A DNA stretch of 60,327 nucleotides, the filler included, from Catajapyx aquilonaris (Eukaryota), in NCBI GenBank assembly GCA_000934665.2. It is 2 parts of 2 records of this genome, joined end to end, with 100 filler letters (N's around TTAATTAATTAA, not from the genome) between each part and the next. Parts side by side here need not be neighbours in the genome. Positions count along the whole stretch, not along the records: positions 30,247 to 60,327 come from KZ539196.1; 1 more part is not named here. One strand, 5' to 3'. The first letter of the stretch is position 1. Each line of letters starts with the position of its first letter. The notes beneath the pieces were generated by a model, which worked only from the letters and a program-made list of their open reading frames with translations, made no database searches and was not told the origin of the DNA. Made by a program: the position numbers and the translations under genes. Positions 38,537 through 50,200 of this stretch are shown in pieces.

Positions 38537-39347
38537 CAGGGCGTTTCACAGTTCGCCTACAAACGGCTACAGTCGACCCATGCGGTCCAGAGAGTCACGT
38601 CATGTAGAGATGTCATTTGGCCTCGGAAGCCTAGTTATTGAGACAGTGGGCCACCCCAGTGCAACTCCGTTTTTTTCACATAGATTTCCCCCTCCGACCC
38701 CCGTGACTTTAGAGAGGCAAGGAGAGGCTTATCAGTAGTTAGGTAGGGTGCCGCATCGCTTGTTTGTGGCGCTTTTGTCCCGTTTATTTAGTGCTCTACG
38801 CCGGACCGCATATAGCAAACCTGGTGGGGGAACGCGACGAAACAAGACTCCCAAACCGCCAATTCAAATCTAGTAGACATGGTCCGTTCGTTCCGGTTCG
38901 TTCCCGCCTCCGTTTCCCCCTCCATTCTCAATAATTAATAGTAATAATTTTCGTCGCAGTGAGGGGTGTCGCTCTATGTACTGCGGCGTAGAAGCTGGCG
39001 GGTGGGACTCTGGAGATTCACGTGATAAGGGGGCTGCTATCCAGACCTGTATATAACAACACTCCTCGGCCGTGCAGTGGGCTTCAAACACAAAGTGTAA
39101 AATATCTTGGCAGGTATCAGTCCCTCCACACGACCTTACCATTTTTATTTAAATTTGCAATTTAATATATACAATCCCATAGGTGTAGCAGGTACCAGCG
39201 ATGTAAAAGACGGCATAATGCACTATATAATGCTAATTATCTGAGTAACTATGCTGCAGGGACCAAATGGCACCTCTACATACAATGACATACTAATGAC
39301 TAGGAGTTCAATCTAGAAGTTTGGCGAATGAATTGTGAAACATCCTG
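38537..39347. mobile_element. Tc1/mariner-type MITE in a nAChR intron, with nested repeat segments
   Basis: TA-CAGGGCGTTTCACA...TGTGAAACATCCTG-TA. Segments 38651-38802 and 38925-39075 recur at 40358-40510 and 40885-41040. Confidence 0.7.
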
Positions 39348-40135
39348 TATAGAGATATGTGGATACCTCCCTCTCATAAGTGAACCTGTTCTTTGTTGCC
39401 TGCAGCTACATTTCCCATAGGTCTATGTTGCATGGATTTCCAATGCATCATGAATTAACCTTCATGTAGACCTCCTCCATATTCGATATCTTGGAAACAC
39501 CATTTTGCTTTCGGGGGGAGAGCCGAAGACACTCGATCAGGTGACGCATCGTATTTCAAATCGCGCTGCCAGATGGATTTCTCATGTTGAGCCAAATAAA
39601 ATCACTGCTCACGACCACGCATGTTGACAGAATGAAGAGCAGCCTTATGAGATCAAATATATTTATAAACTTGACGATGATTAACTGTTCGGTCGTTCAG
39701 AGAGTGCAGGATGCTGTTAGAGAATTGGTTGTTGCGAACGTGACGGACAGTGACATCAGAATAAGTGGTACAATTAATTTCTCGTTGAACAATAATTATT
39801 GCACAATATTCCATGAAATGGAAACTGTCAAAATACATAGGCGTACTGGCTGGTATAGCTAGAAGAGTAATATGTACTTTGCTTCGAAATAAGCCTATTA
39901 ACAATTCAGAGAGACGTCCATCACCTTCGCCAAATGCGGGAGGCATGAGAAACCGAAGCAAGTGGGGATTGAGGTAATAAAACACGATGCTCACATCGTC
40001 ACGGGCCATAAATTCTATTGAACAGAAATCAGTGGATTGAAAGAAAAGTCTGGATCAATACAACTAGAACGAGTGTCTCTGTCACAAACGATTACTCCTC
40101 GCCAGCCTGATATAGTACAATGCGGTACAATGAGA

Positions 40136-40207
<72 letters not shown>
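40136..40207. repeat. (AAT)n microsatellite
   Basis: Directly visible. Confidence 0.95.
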
Positions 40208-40208
<1 letters not shown>

Positions 40209-41211
40209 CAGTAGAACCCCGTTTTCCGACATACGATTATCCGACAGTCCTGCTCCAGTAATAAATGCATGTTTTCTCATCAAATGCTGCAATGCAAGCC
40301 TTACTAATCATTTGATTTGTATTGCTTTAGTTAAATTTTAACCAGCAGAGTGTGTACCACCCCAGTGCAACTCCGTTTTTTTCACATACTTTTCCCCCTC
40401 CGACCCCCGTGACTTTAGAGAGGCACGGAGGGGCTTATCAGTAGTTAGGCAGGGTGCCGCATCGCTTGAGTTTGTGGCGCTTTTGTCCCGTTTGTTTAGT
40501 GCTCTACGCCAGTCTGGCCCAGCCCACGGACGCTACCCCTACGTTCTGGGCTTATCACCTGCCGAGGGGTTTTGCAGTGGGTGCTCACTTGAGAGCGCCA
40601 TGAGACATTTCCCAGAGCATTTATGTGGCGACCCTACCGGACTAGGCTGAACTTTACAGGTACGAAAGGGGAGGGCTACATTGGGGGGCCCAACATGGCC
40701 GCCGCGCCGGCGGCCATGATGGGCCAGCATGTAGCGCTTCCCTTTCGTACCTATAAAGTTCAGCCTAGTCCGGTAGGGTCGACCCACTGCAAAACCCCTC
40801 GGCAAGGGAGTGACCTAACCTGAGTCTTCTACAACCATGGTCTGGCCACAGCGCACCTAGTGAGGGAACGCGATCTCATGATCCGTTCTCAATTAATAGT
40901 AATAATTTTCGCCACAGTGAGGGGTGTCGCCCCATGCACAGTGGCGAAGAAGGGACCGGGTGGGACTCTGGAGATCTACGCGATAAGGGGGCTAGTTTCC
41001 AGACCTGTATATTTATATACAAAAACTCCTCGGCCGTGGTGTGTACGTAAAAGATAAATACTTGACTATTTCTTAGAAAAGAGTAATATTGCACATAATT
41101 TCATGATTTTTCATGCTTTTTGATTTGTTTTCCTTTGCTCCTTTATCCCACCTTTTCTGTTATCCGACAAAGCCCCAGTCCCGTGGGTGACGGGTAATCG
41201 GGGTTCTACTG
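40209..41211. mobile_element. pogo/Tigger-like MITE with nested elements, including a palindromic MITE at 40561-40803
   Basis: CAGTAGAACCCCG...CGGGGTTCTACTG-TA; inner GCCGAGGGGTTTTGCAGTGGGT...ACCCACTGCAAAACCCCTCGGC. Confidence 0.75.
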
Positions 41212-42180
41212 TAATCATGTTGATGTGGAGAAAACATTTCCCGTATTCAGCCGCTTCAGTTATGGTTTGAATATTGCAACGTGTGACTTAATATGAGTAG
41301 AAACTAGGATTTGGCAGTGAATGTAGGGTGACAGATATTCAGGGTCCGTCAGTGTGAGCATTTTTATGGACATGAGCGGGAATGAACACCATTGCTTTCT
41401 CAAATATACTCAGCAGCTAGGGTGAGGTCGCTGCGAAGGTGAAACCTCATAAATCTCGTAAATACTCAGGCATTTGTCTCCTTTTCCCCGGATAACTACT
41501 TTCATTTAGACCGGCCTTTCTCACACAGACGTTGTGATATATTGCGCTTTTATTGAACCAGGCAGCAAAACACGACATTTTTCCCTCTCCCATCCACCTT
41601 GCCCCTGTGTTACGAGCCGGGCAGGATTCTATTCATAGCTACACATGAAAGTCAAATTAATCTTCCCGGATTAATGCCTGGATAAAACCTAGGAGCAGAG
41701 AGCTTCAGGCTGCTCTAATATGGCATGAATTGTCTTAAAAGAAAAGCTGCGAGGGTATATAGTAGAGTCGGTGTGACGAGATGCATTGTTCACTCGCCCT
41801 GGCTGCTGGCTGATAAAATTAGGCAACACTACACCGTTGCCTAATATTACGAACAAGAGTGCGGTTTAATTCTGAAGAATATTCTGCGTCTAGCCCATGG
41901 TGTCAAAACCCGTCTTGAAACTTGTCATTTGGTTATCTGCTGTGGTGTCAACAATTCAATTTACTCACACTATATAATCGCTGCTTCTCTGTGAATGAAA
42001 AGGAGTTGACTTTTCCCTAATAATTACCAGAGCAATAATAGGCAAATGGGTGTAGCAGGGTGGCATTTAACTGGAGCTGACTGGGATATCTGAGCAAACT
42101 ACATCAGTATGCAGCCTAGTTTTCCATTCATAAATGCGCTTCATTTCAAGTGCGGCCTTTTCTGCGTCTCTCTTTTCCAG

Positions 42181-42361
42181 TGCAGATGGAAATTTCGAAG
42201 TGACCCTGGCCACCAAAGCCACCCTTTATTACAACGGCTTAGTGGAATGGAAACCTCCAGCCATCTACAAGTCATCCTGCGAAATAGATGTGGAATATTT
42301 TCCATTTGATGAGCAAACCTGCATACTCAAATTCGGGAGCTGGACCTATGATGGATTCAAG
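42181..42361 (+). CDS. nAChRalpha4: nAChR alpha4-like exon with loop E, Cys-loop and loop B
   Basis: 181-nt exon encoding [60 protein letters not shown]. Contains the C-x13-C Cys-loop; GLVEWKPP and DGFK match insect alpha4 rather than alpha3. Confidence 0.95.
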
Positions 42362-44847
42362 GTGAGTCAGCCACAGGGATATGGGATATAAAAATAGAAT
42401 GGAATCGGCACTATGCAAAAAAAAAAAAAATCTCCATTTCTAACACGCGCCTTGTGTTTCATAACTTATGCATTTCCACATTTTTAAACCCAGAAGGCTC
42501 GGAGGCACTAGTCTAATGGTGAATAAGGCTTACTTGCCTAGACGGGGAGTAATATTTCACTTCCTATTCAGCGCCATTCTTATGATGAAGTACATGATGT
42601 AAATATGTAGTAATAGGATGTGAAGAGTGTTATTGCACTATAAAGTAGCAACTGTATACCGTGTGGAAAAATGTTACCTCAGAACGGTATCGGTGGAAAT
42701 GATCCCGCCTAGTAAGGTGGAGAATGTAGAACATCTGTTATGCTTAAAGGCTCAGATTTTTGATGCATACCGTATATCCTTAATAGTGTCGGCTAAAAAT
42801 GTGAAAGTTAGAATTGCAAGTCAGGAATGCGGAAGTGTGATGTAGTGGGCCGAATGTTGCAAAACTGCAGATTTTTCAACCATCACATGTCCACAGAATG
42901 CGCTACAGGAACCTGGGTTAATATTTATTTGCATATGACATTTTTGAATCGAATATTGTTCCGACAGTTAAATGAACTTGATAATTACGCAATCCCTTTG
43001 CCCTCTTCAGAAGTGGAAGGCACTGTACACCACAGTGCCGCCCTACACAATACTTAGCGGGTTATTCAGATACGACATACAAACATTAGTTCCCCGTAGC
43101 AATCCTCTTATCTGCATAGTATTAGTAGGGCGTAATTAATGTGGAAAGTTTGCTTATATAGGGATTCCTCCATACTTTTGGCGCCGTGTACCCTCAAGAC
43201 CGTATAAGAGAGTAATTTGCACCGGATCGCTAAATGGCCTCGAATAGAAAGGGCGGAGAAGGGCGGAAGGGAAGGGGGGAGCTATTCGCTATTCCAAGTG
43301 CTTCAAATACTATATATAGTTACCATTCCGCTTTGCTTTCACTGACGTCATTTTGATTTTTACAGACGCTTTTTAAAAGTACCGACGTTGCATAATTCAC
43401 TTGAACAGACTTTACACTTGAAAATGACATAATGGTGACCACAAGTTAAGTTGATAGGAAGGGTAAGAATAACTCCTCGATTTCCACTCTTCTACTGAAA
43501 TCTAATTTCCAAGAGATCAATAGGTTGATTTAGTCGAGGGTCATCAAGGAGGTCCTAAACAAGTCGCAAATAAAGGTGCAAAATGGTGGGTAAAGACGTA
43601 TATGGAGTGAAGTTGTGGCAATGAACATGCCACGAGACTTTATAGAACAGGCGTAAAGTCGAGGGGAAATGTTGAAACGGAATCCAATGTAAGACGACGA
43701 CAGGTAGTGTCACAATATGTCATGCCAGCGATGGTAAACGAATTTGCTATGACGGAATGAATATTTAATGTTCAAAGGTATTACAGCACTTGCAAGGCTA
43801 ACATTGCTTGCGTAGCACAAAGTAAACCCAACAGCTATAAAGAGTAACATAATAATTCATACCCCATTATCAGCCGGCGGCTCTTTAGGGGGGGGGGGGG
43901 NGAGTTCATCCCAATTTTGTTTCTGACTGGAACTCTTTGCTTTCATTTTTACTTCGCTTTTTGGAATATGATAGGAAAGGAAGGAAGCGGTTGTGGCCTA
44001 TTATTTAGGAAGCAATCCCGGAATTCTCCTGGGGGGACCGTAGGAAACTACAGAAAACCACGGTTAGGATTGCCGGCCACGGGACTCGAACCCAGGACCT
44101 CCCGATTAGCAGTTGAACACCTTATCCACTTCACCAAACTGCTTCGGTTATAAAGAGTAACATAAACAGAGATACACATAAAAAGTATTTTTAACATAAT
44201 AAGAGATCCGATTATCTATACTGTAGTCATTTGGAAAAACATCGCATCTGCACATAGCTGTAATGTCGAGTTTCTAGGTGGATTGCCTAAAAACTCGACC
44301 TTACCGCTATGTGCAGATGTGACATTTTTCTTGAGACTTGTATTAGGCTAAAGGTCTCTCTATCTGTAACCCTCTGAATTATGGCCAAGGCAGCTGCTGG
44401 GCTGGGCTGGATTGAAATGATAAGAAGTCAACCGCCTGCACACATGGCAGCACTATTCATGCCTCCAGATTCGAAAGCTGTGCTGGTAGCCATCATCACC
44501 GTTTATAAATTGAACAAGTCAATCGATTGATGTCCCACTATGGACAGTTCTGTGGCGGGGGATCCGGGTTAGCACACTGGATCTATACACTCACTAGTGT
44601 ATATGTTGATTTAAGTGTTGGTAATTGGAGGAAAACAAGAGGAAAATCGTAGCATTTTCCAGAAATTTATTCACACACACAGGAAGAAGAATGGATGCAG
44701 TTTACAGGGTGGCCCAACAAAGAAATAACACTATGCTTACAGAAATTATTCTCATTTAGCTGATATCCGGTAAGCAGAAAGTATTAGGTTATCATCATCA
44801 TCATCGTCATCATCATCATCCCCTCCTCCTCCTCCTCCTCCTCCTGG

Positions 44848-45180
44848 TAGTGCTTTGACCCCTCTTGAGGTATTTCACGGACCTTTATTATTAACTTCAT
44901 GTGCAACATACTTGTACACAACTAGAACCTTTAACGAAGCGCCCAGGCCCACAGGCAGGGATGAGTGGGAGGAGAAGTGAAAGGTGCATGCAATGTCTCA
45001 TATGGTCATTTTGTGAGTTCCCCCGGGTCATGGTTAGTCTCAAGGAATCCCACCCGAGACGAAGTCAGAGACGACCCAACTATACACGAGAGGAGGGGGG
45101 GAATGTCCTGGCTTGGAATCGAACCCTGGATCCTTACATCCGTGGGCGCGTACGTTTCCGCAGCGCCACTCCGCCTCCCC
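44848..45180 (-). mobile_element. tRNA-derived SINE (head 1, tail 2)
   Basis: Reverse-complement homologue of 31536-31850; followed by (GAG)n(GAT)n simple repeats. Confidence 0.8.
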
Positions 45181-45298
45181 ATAGAAAGTACCGGTATCAG
45201 GTTATTGCTAGTAGTTCAAAATACCGCCCTCTCTTGTGGGGCGGAAAAAGCAATGGCCGACGGCTATTTATTTTGATTGTCAAAATTGCATCAAAATA

Positions 45299-46031
45299 CA
45301 GGGTTATGGCACTATACGAATACATCTGCCAATATGATACGGGTGGTAGGAGATGCACATGGAAGAGGCACGGCATGGGTCCGAAACGCCGGCGACGATA
45401 CGTTTTGGAGATGTCGACCTTTGACGTCGACAATGTCCATCCTGACAAGTATAGAAGCATGCCTGCATCGCTGGTTGCCTGAGTCAGGCGCTCGCACTAC
45501 CAGACCGTTGCGTTGCTCAACCGCCTGACCCTGGCAACCAGAAATGCAGGCATGTATCCATACTTGTCAGGTTAGACGTCGTCGACAGCCTTTCGGACCC
45601 ATGCCATTCTTCTTCCAAATCAACGAGATGGAATAGGGTAGAGGCCGTAAAGGTCGGACATCTTTGAAGCAAAATGGCGGCCATCGGGCGGCCATGCCAC
45701 TTCACGGCAAGAACTTTGAAATTTGTAGTATCGCAAACCCTGTTCTCCTCTTCTGCCTCCTGGCGGGACTAGGAAGAAAAGACTGTCTGGGGACGTTTTT
45801 ATTTATTCCCACCCCCCGCCAGGAGGCAGGAGTGTAGACAGAGGAGAACAGGGTTAGAAATACGGCAATTTCAAATGAGCACATGTTCTTGCCGTGAAGT
45901 GGCATGGCCGCCAAAGATCACGTGACCTTTACGGCCTCTACCCTATTCTATCTCGTTGTTCCAAATGCATCCCCTACCAGCTACCATCAGTATAATTTTG
46001 ACATATTAGGGCCTAATTCGTACACACCCTG
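45299..46031. mobile_element. Palindromic MITE family member (other copies at about 46514-46859 and 50506-50905)
   Basis: Shared inverted core GGCATGGG...GTCGAC...TATCCTGACAAGT...TGGTTGCC; TA-CAGGG...CCCTG-TA ends. Confidence 0.7.
45621..45958. mobile_element. P- or hAT-like MITE with perfect 8-bp TSD, nested in the previous element
   Basis: TIR CAACGAGAT.GAATAGGGTAGAGGCCGTAAAGGTC; TSD TTCCAAAT at 45613-45620 and 45959-45966. Confidence 0.9.
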
Positions 46032-47084
46032 TAGTATCCATCCATCCATGAGGTCATTACTGAAGCCCATGGATATTTTTGTCAGCCAAAACGCAAGCTA
46101 AGACATCCTCTATAGAAGGAATCTGAGCAAGGATAAAAAATTTAGACGCCATATATTGTCATATCAGGAACCTTGTCTGGCCTCCTAATATACAGAGTCA
46201 AGGCTTAGCTCTTCCGATTTTGGCTGCTACAAACATCCATAAGCCTGAATAATGACCCCATTAGAAGCCCAAACATTGACTTTCTGCGGAAATGTGTGAC
46301 CCAAGCTAGTATTGTGATGTAATTTTGACCCACACGGACGATAGCGGATAGAAATAAATAGCCGTCAGCTAAGTAATCATATCTCTGACAGTGTTTTGTC
46401 CCTATTGGAACACCCTGCAGGATATATTGCTGATAAACTATGAAAAATCCCATTTTAAATTTATCTCTTCCAGTAAGCAGAGAACTCGAAAAGTGAATAT
46501 GGGGAGGAATATAGAGGGTGTTTCCGAATTCGTCTGCTGCGGTAAGGGGGTGCGTATGGTAGGGCGAAAGGCTGGCGACGATATGTTTTGGAGATGTCGA
46601 CCTTTATTATCGATTATGTCTATCCTGACATGTATGGATACCCCCGCGCATGCTTGCATTGCTGGTTGTCGGAATCAGGCGATTGAGCAATGGTCTGGTA
46701 GTGAGAGCGCCTGATCCCGGCAACCAGCAATGCAAGAATTCAAGGAGGTACCCATACTTGTCAGGATAGACATTGTCGACTCGGACTTTCGGGCCCATGC
46801 CCTGCTTCTTCCATACCCACCCCCTACCACCCGTATCCTTTTAATGAGGGTACACCCTATTGTTACTTACGCATGGGTGATAGGCTACTGTGCGTAATGG
46901 TTTTTAAACCTGACTACCTATAATAATGTAATAATTAAGGATTCTCATGTCCTATTTTGAACTATTCTATAAAGTAAGGCGGTGTGAGGTTTTGCGGCCT
47001 TTTGCGGATATACGTATAGGCCTAAGTGAGGACGCTACAGCTATCGTGATTTTTCTTTCTAAGAAAAGCTCTCTCTTTTTTCAG

Positions 47085-47200
47085 GTGGACTTGCGGCACT
47101 TTGAAGAGGAAGAAGGATCCAACGTGGTCGAATTAGGCGTTGACTTGACTGAATTTTACATGTCAGTGGAGTGGGACATATTGGAAGTTCCCGCTGTTAG
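47085..47200 (+). CDS. nAChRalpha4: nAChR alpha4-like exon (loop F region)
   Basis: 116-nt exon encoding VDLRHFEEEEGSNVVELGVDLTEFYMSVEWDILEVPAV(R); phases are compatible with both neighbours. Confidence 0.95.
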
Positions 47201-50200
47201 GTAAGTCCACTTTTATCCCTCCATAAATCCCTTCTTTGAACTTAGGCCTACTATAAAGAATATTGTCCTCCTTACTTACACAACAAAAGCCAACAATGGC
47301 ACAATTAACCGCCAGGATTTTATTAGCATTAAAGGCAACGCAGTTTTGTGTGCAAAAAAGGATATGTCTACGATGCCAGGATAATATAAAATCGTGAATA
47401 TTAGAGTCTGATTAAACCTGATGGGTTGTAAGAAGCACTCTCAGGTAATTTATTATGCATGAAACAAACGGGTTCCTGCTCTCTACGTGCCTGAAACATC
47501 TATTCACCCACATTACTGTACACTGCAGTGGCCTATACTTGCAGTTCGATAATCAATAGGACATTCTTATCAAAGTTCAGGAAACTGCAGCGCGGGCCAA
47601 GGGTTATGCAGCTTTTAAGTTGGGCATCTTAAAACAGGTACCTTTTCATGCTAATTATCAGCTGTATAGAAAAGATCGCAGCCTAATATGGCTATTTTGT
47701 TTGCCTACAATTTGTTTGAAGCAGTCTGCATGGACGTTATCTTTCGAAGAAGTGAGAAAGGATTATAGGAGACACTATGTTCACTTGTGGCACGTTGTAA
47801 CAGCATTAGGAAACCTCACATTTGCACTATAGAAACAATGCACAACCCAAAGTAAGTTTTAAAAATTGTGTACAGTAGCTCAACGTAATTCAAATTCCGA
47901 GTCAAATCTTTTCTATTACTGCGGAGTTTTTGAGGACCATTTTTTGAATTTCGCAGTTGTATTCCGTGTCCGTGCTCTGTGTGGATTTTAAATGTGGGAG
48001 GACACAGGGTAACACCGAGAAATCCACGCGAACGTGGAGAGAACTCATAAAACTCTTTTCATGCTGTGAGAAAACGCTGTACCCAGCTCGCATCTAACTC
48101 GGGACCTCCAAGGTGGAAGGCTGTGCGCCTTTATTCATTACTCCTCTGTGCTGATACACAAGCCAGCAGTATCATTTTTTGCATGTTTTTAGATCGTTAT
48201 CAGATGAAATGCTTATTAAAAATTATTGTTACAGATATGCTAATTGTGAGATAGAAATCTGGATTTTGCCACATCTGCTGTGGATCGATTTCGATGGGTT
48301 ATCTACATGTTCGAATGGGATTTCTCGGGATTCTTACGCGTCCTTCCGCTTTCAATATTTATCTTCATTGAAGTCATAAATAACGTTGCATAAATAGGCT
48401 CTATCTTGGGGTGTCCTATTAAAATAAATGTTCAAAATAAGAGGTCAAAATGCACCAATAATGAAAATGTAACATCCTGAGCAATGAGGTTTTCTTACCT
48501 ATCCCCCGTCCTGTTAAGTATTGGTGAAAGTTTTGGATCTCAAAGATTCCTTGACCTCCTGGGCGTGTCTCCGTTCCATCTCTGTCAGAGGCTCAGAGCC
48601 GTCCGGAAGGGTGTGTGACAGGACTGTCCCAACTTCATATGGGGAAGAGTCCCATACACCAATCCTGAGTCATCTTGATCATAATTAACCAATACTGTTG
48701 CTGATTTTATTAATCGTAGCTAAGTAGAAATTTTCTATATGCTGTTGTTCATGTGAAAGCCAGTCATCCAAAAGACTGTGGAAAGGCTTAGGATCGTCCC
48801 TCGTATTTTCAGGGACATAGTAGAGTAGGCCATAATTCAAGAGACCCGAAAGCGACTGCCAGTTCCTGAGAAATTTCGGTTGCGGTCGATCTCGATTCCA
48901 GGATATTCTACATTACATGGTGATTGGTGAAGGCCAATTACAACGAGGTGTCGCCAACCAACTGACATATTATATCAAGCACTCAACAGACTCAACAGCA
49001 TAGGATTTAAAAAATATATTTCAGAACTACCCTGTATATCCCTGCATTGTTCCTTGAATTTTCTACAGATAAATATGAAGTTTGCCAATCGCCTAAGCAA
49101 AAGCGCGTTCATTTTCAGAGACTCTTTGAGAATGTAAAATTGCATTTATTGCAATATTGTCAACTACAACATCTGATTAGGTTGCAAATATTAATCCCAA
49201 AAAATAATTTCAACTTAAATATTACTTTTATTACCTGAGTTGCGCCTGACAGTATAAGCAATAAGTGCAGCCTGTTGCATCAATACTTTAATACTTGAAT
49301 TGGCTCAGAGAGTTGTCCTCTTTTTTCCACTCCATTAGAAAAGTTACAATAGCTTCGTTAGCGAGTCCTGCAGTAGACTGGATCCCACAAAAGTGTTCAA
49401 GTGACGCCTAACAAGAAAAGGTAGTTAAGGAAAGCTTAACACCCGGAGCATGTTTTTGCAGATATTTCAAATATTAACTCCCATTCTATACTTCACAAAT
49501 GAGAAAAGTGCCTTGTGTGCTTTTCGCACATAACTTATCTCCACTAATTATTCAAATTTTGAGTATATAAAATTTTAATTCCATTGCTCACTGTTTCCAA
49601 CCTAATTTGATCAGCAAAACAGTAATATTTTAATAATATCCCTACCAATGATAATACAACACACACACAACACAATCAATCACGGAATTTTCCCAAAATG
49701 GGGTTGCCAGCGATGACCAGATACATTCACCTGGTCATCTCGTACGACCATTACAATGGATCCTCCAGTGACTGGTCAGGTCATGTAGAGGATACCAATA
49801 ATAATGATGATGATAAACTCTGTATATGAGCTAGTTTTTTTTACGGACGCGACGGATACCAACAACTGTCAGCACTCTGAATAAAACAGAGGTTTATTTT
49901 TATTTATTTGTTTATTTATTCGATTTTTTTCCTCCATGCCTCCAAACACACGGAGGGACATCTCAGACTTCCATACACCAACATACAATTTTCCATTCAA
50001 TTTTGGAATAAGACAGAGGTAAACTAACGCAACAGGAGTTAATTTTTTGACACAAAACTAGTGTTGTTTATTTCATTTGAGTGTACACATTACTGGACAG
50101 TAATGTGTACACTCAGCCGTTATTAGCCGTTATTAGCCGTTATTAGGACATCCTAATAACGGCTGCTAAAATAAGTTCAGAATTTATTAATTTTGTAATA

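Noticed and set aside
39584..40009. ORFs that may be a decayed LINE RT C-terminus
   Set aside because: Only a vague resemblance; no RT catalytic motif.
44901..45482. Longest ORF in the track (193 aa)
   Set aside because: It runs across an antisense SINE and a palindromic MITE; chance open frame.
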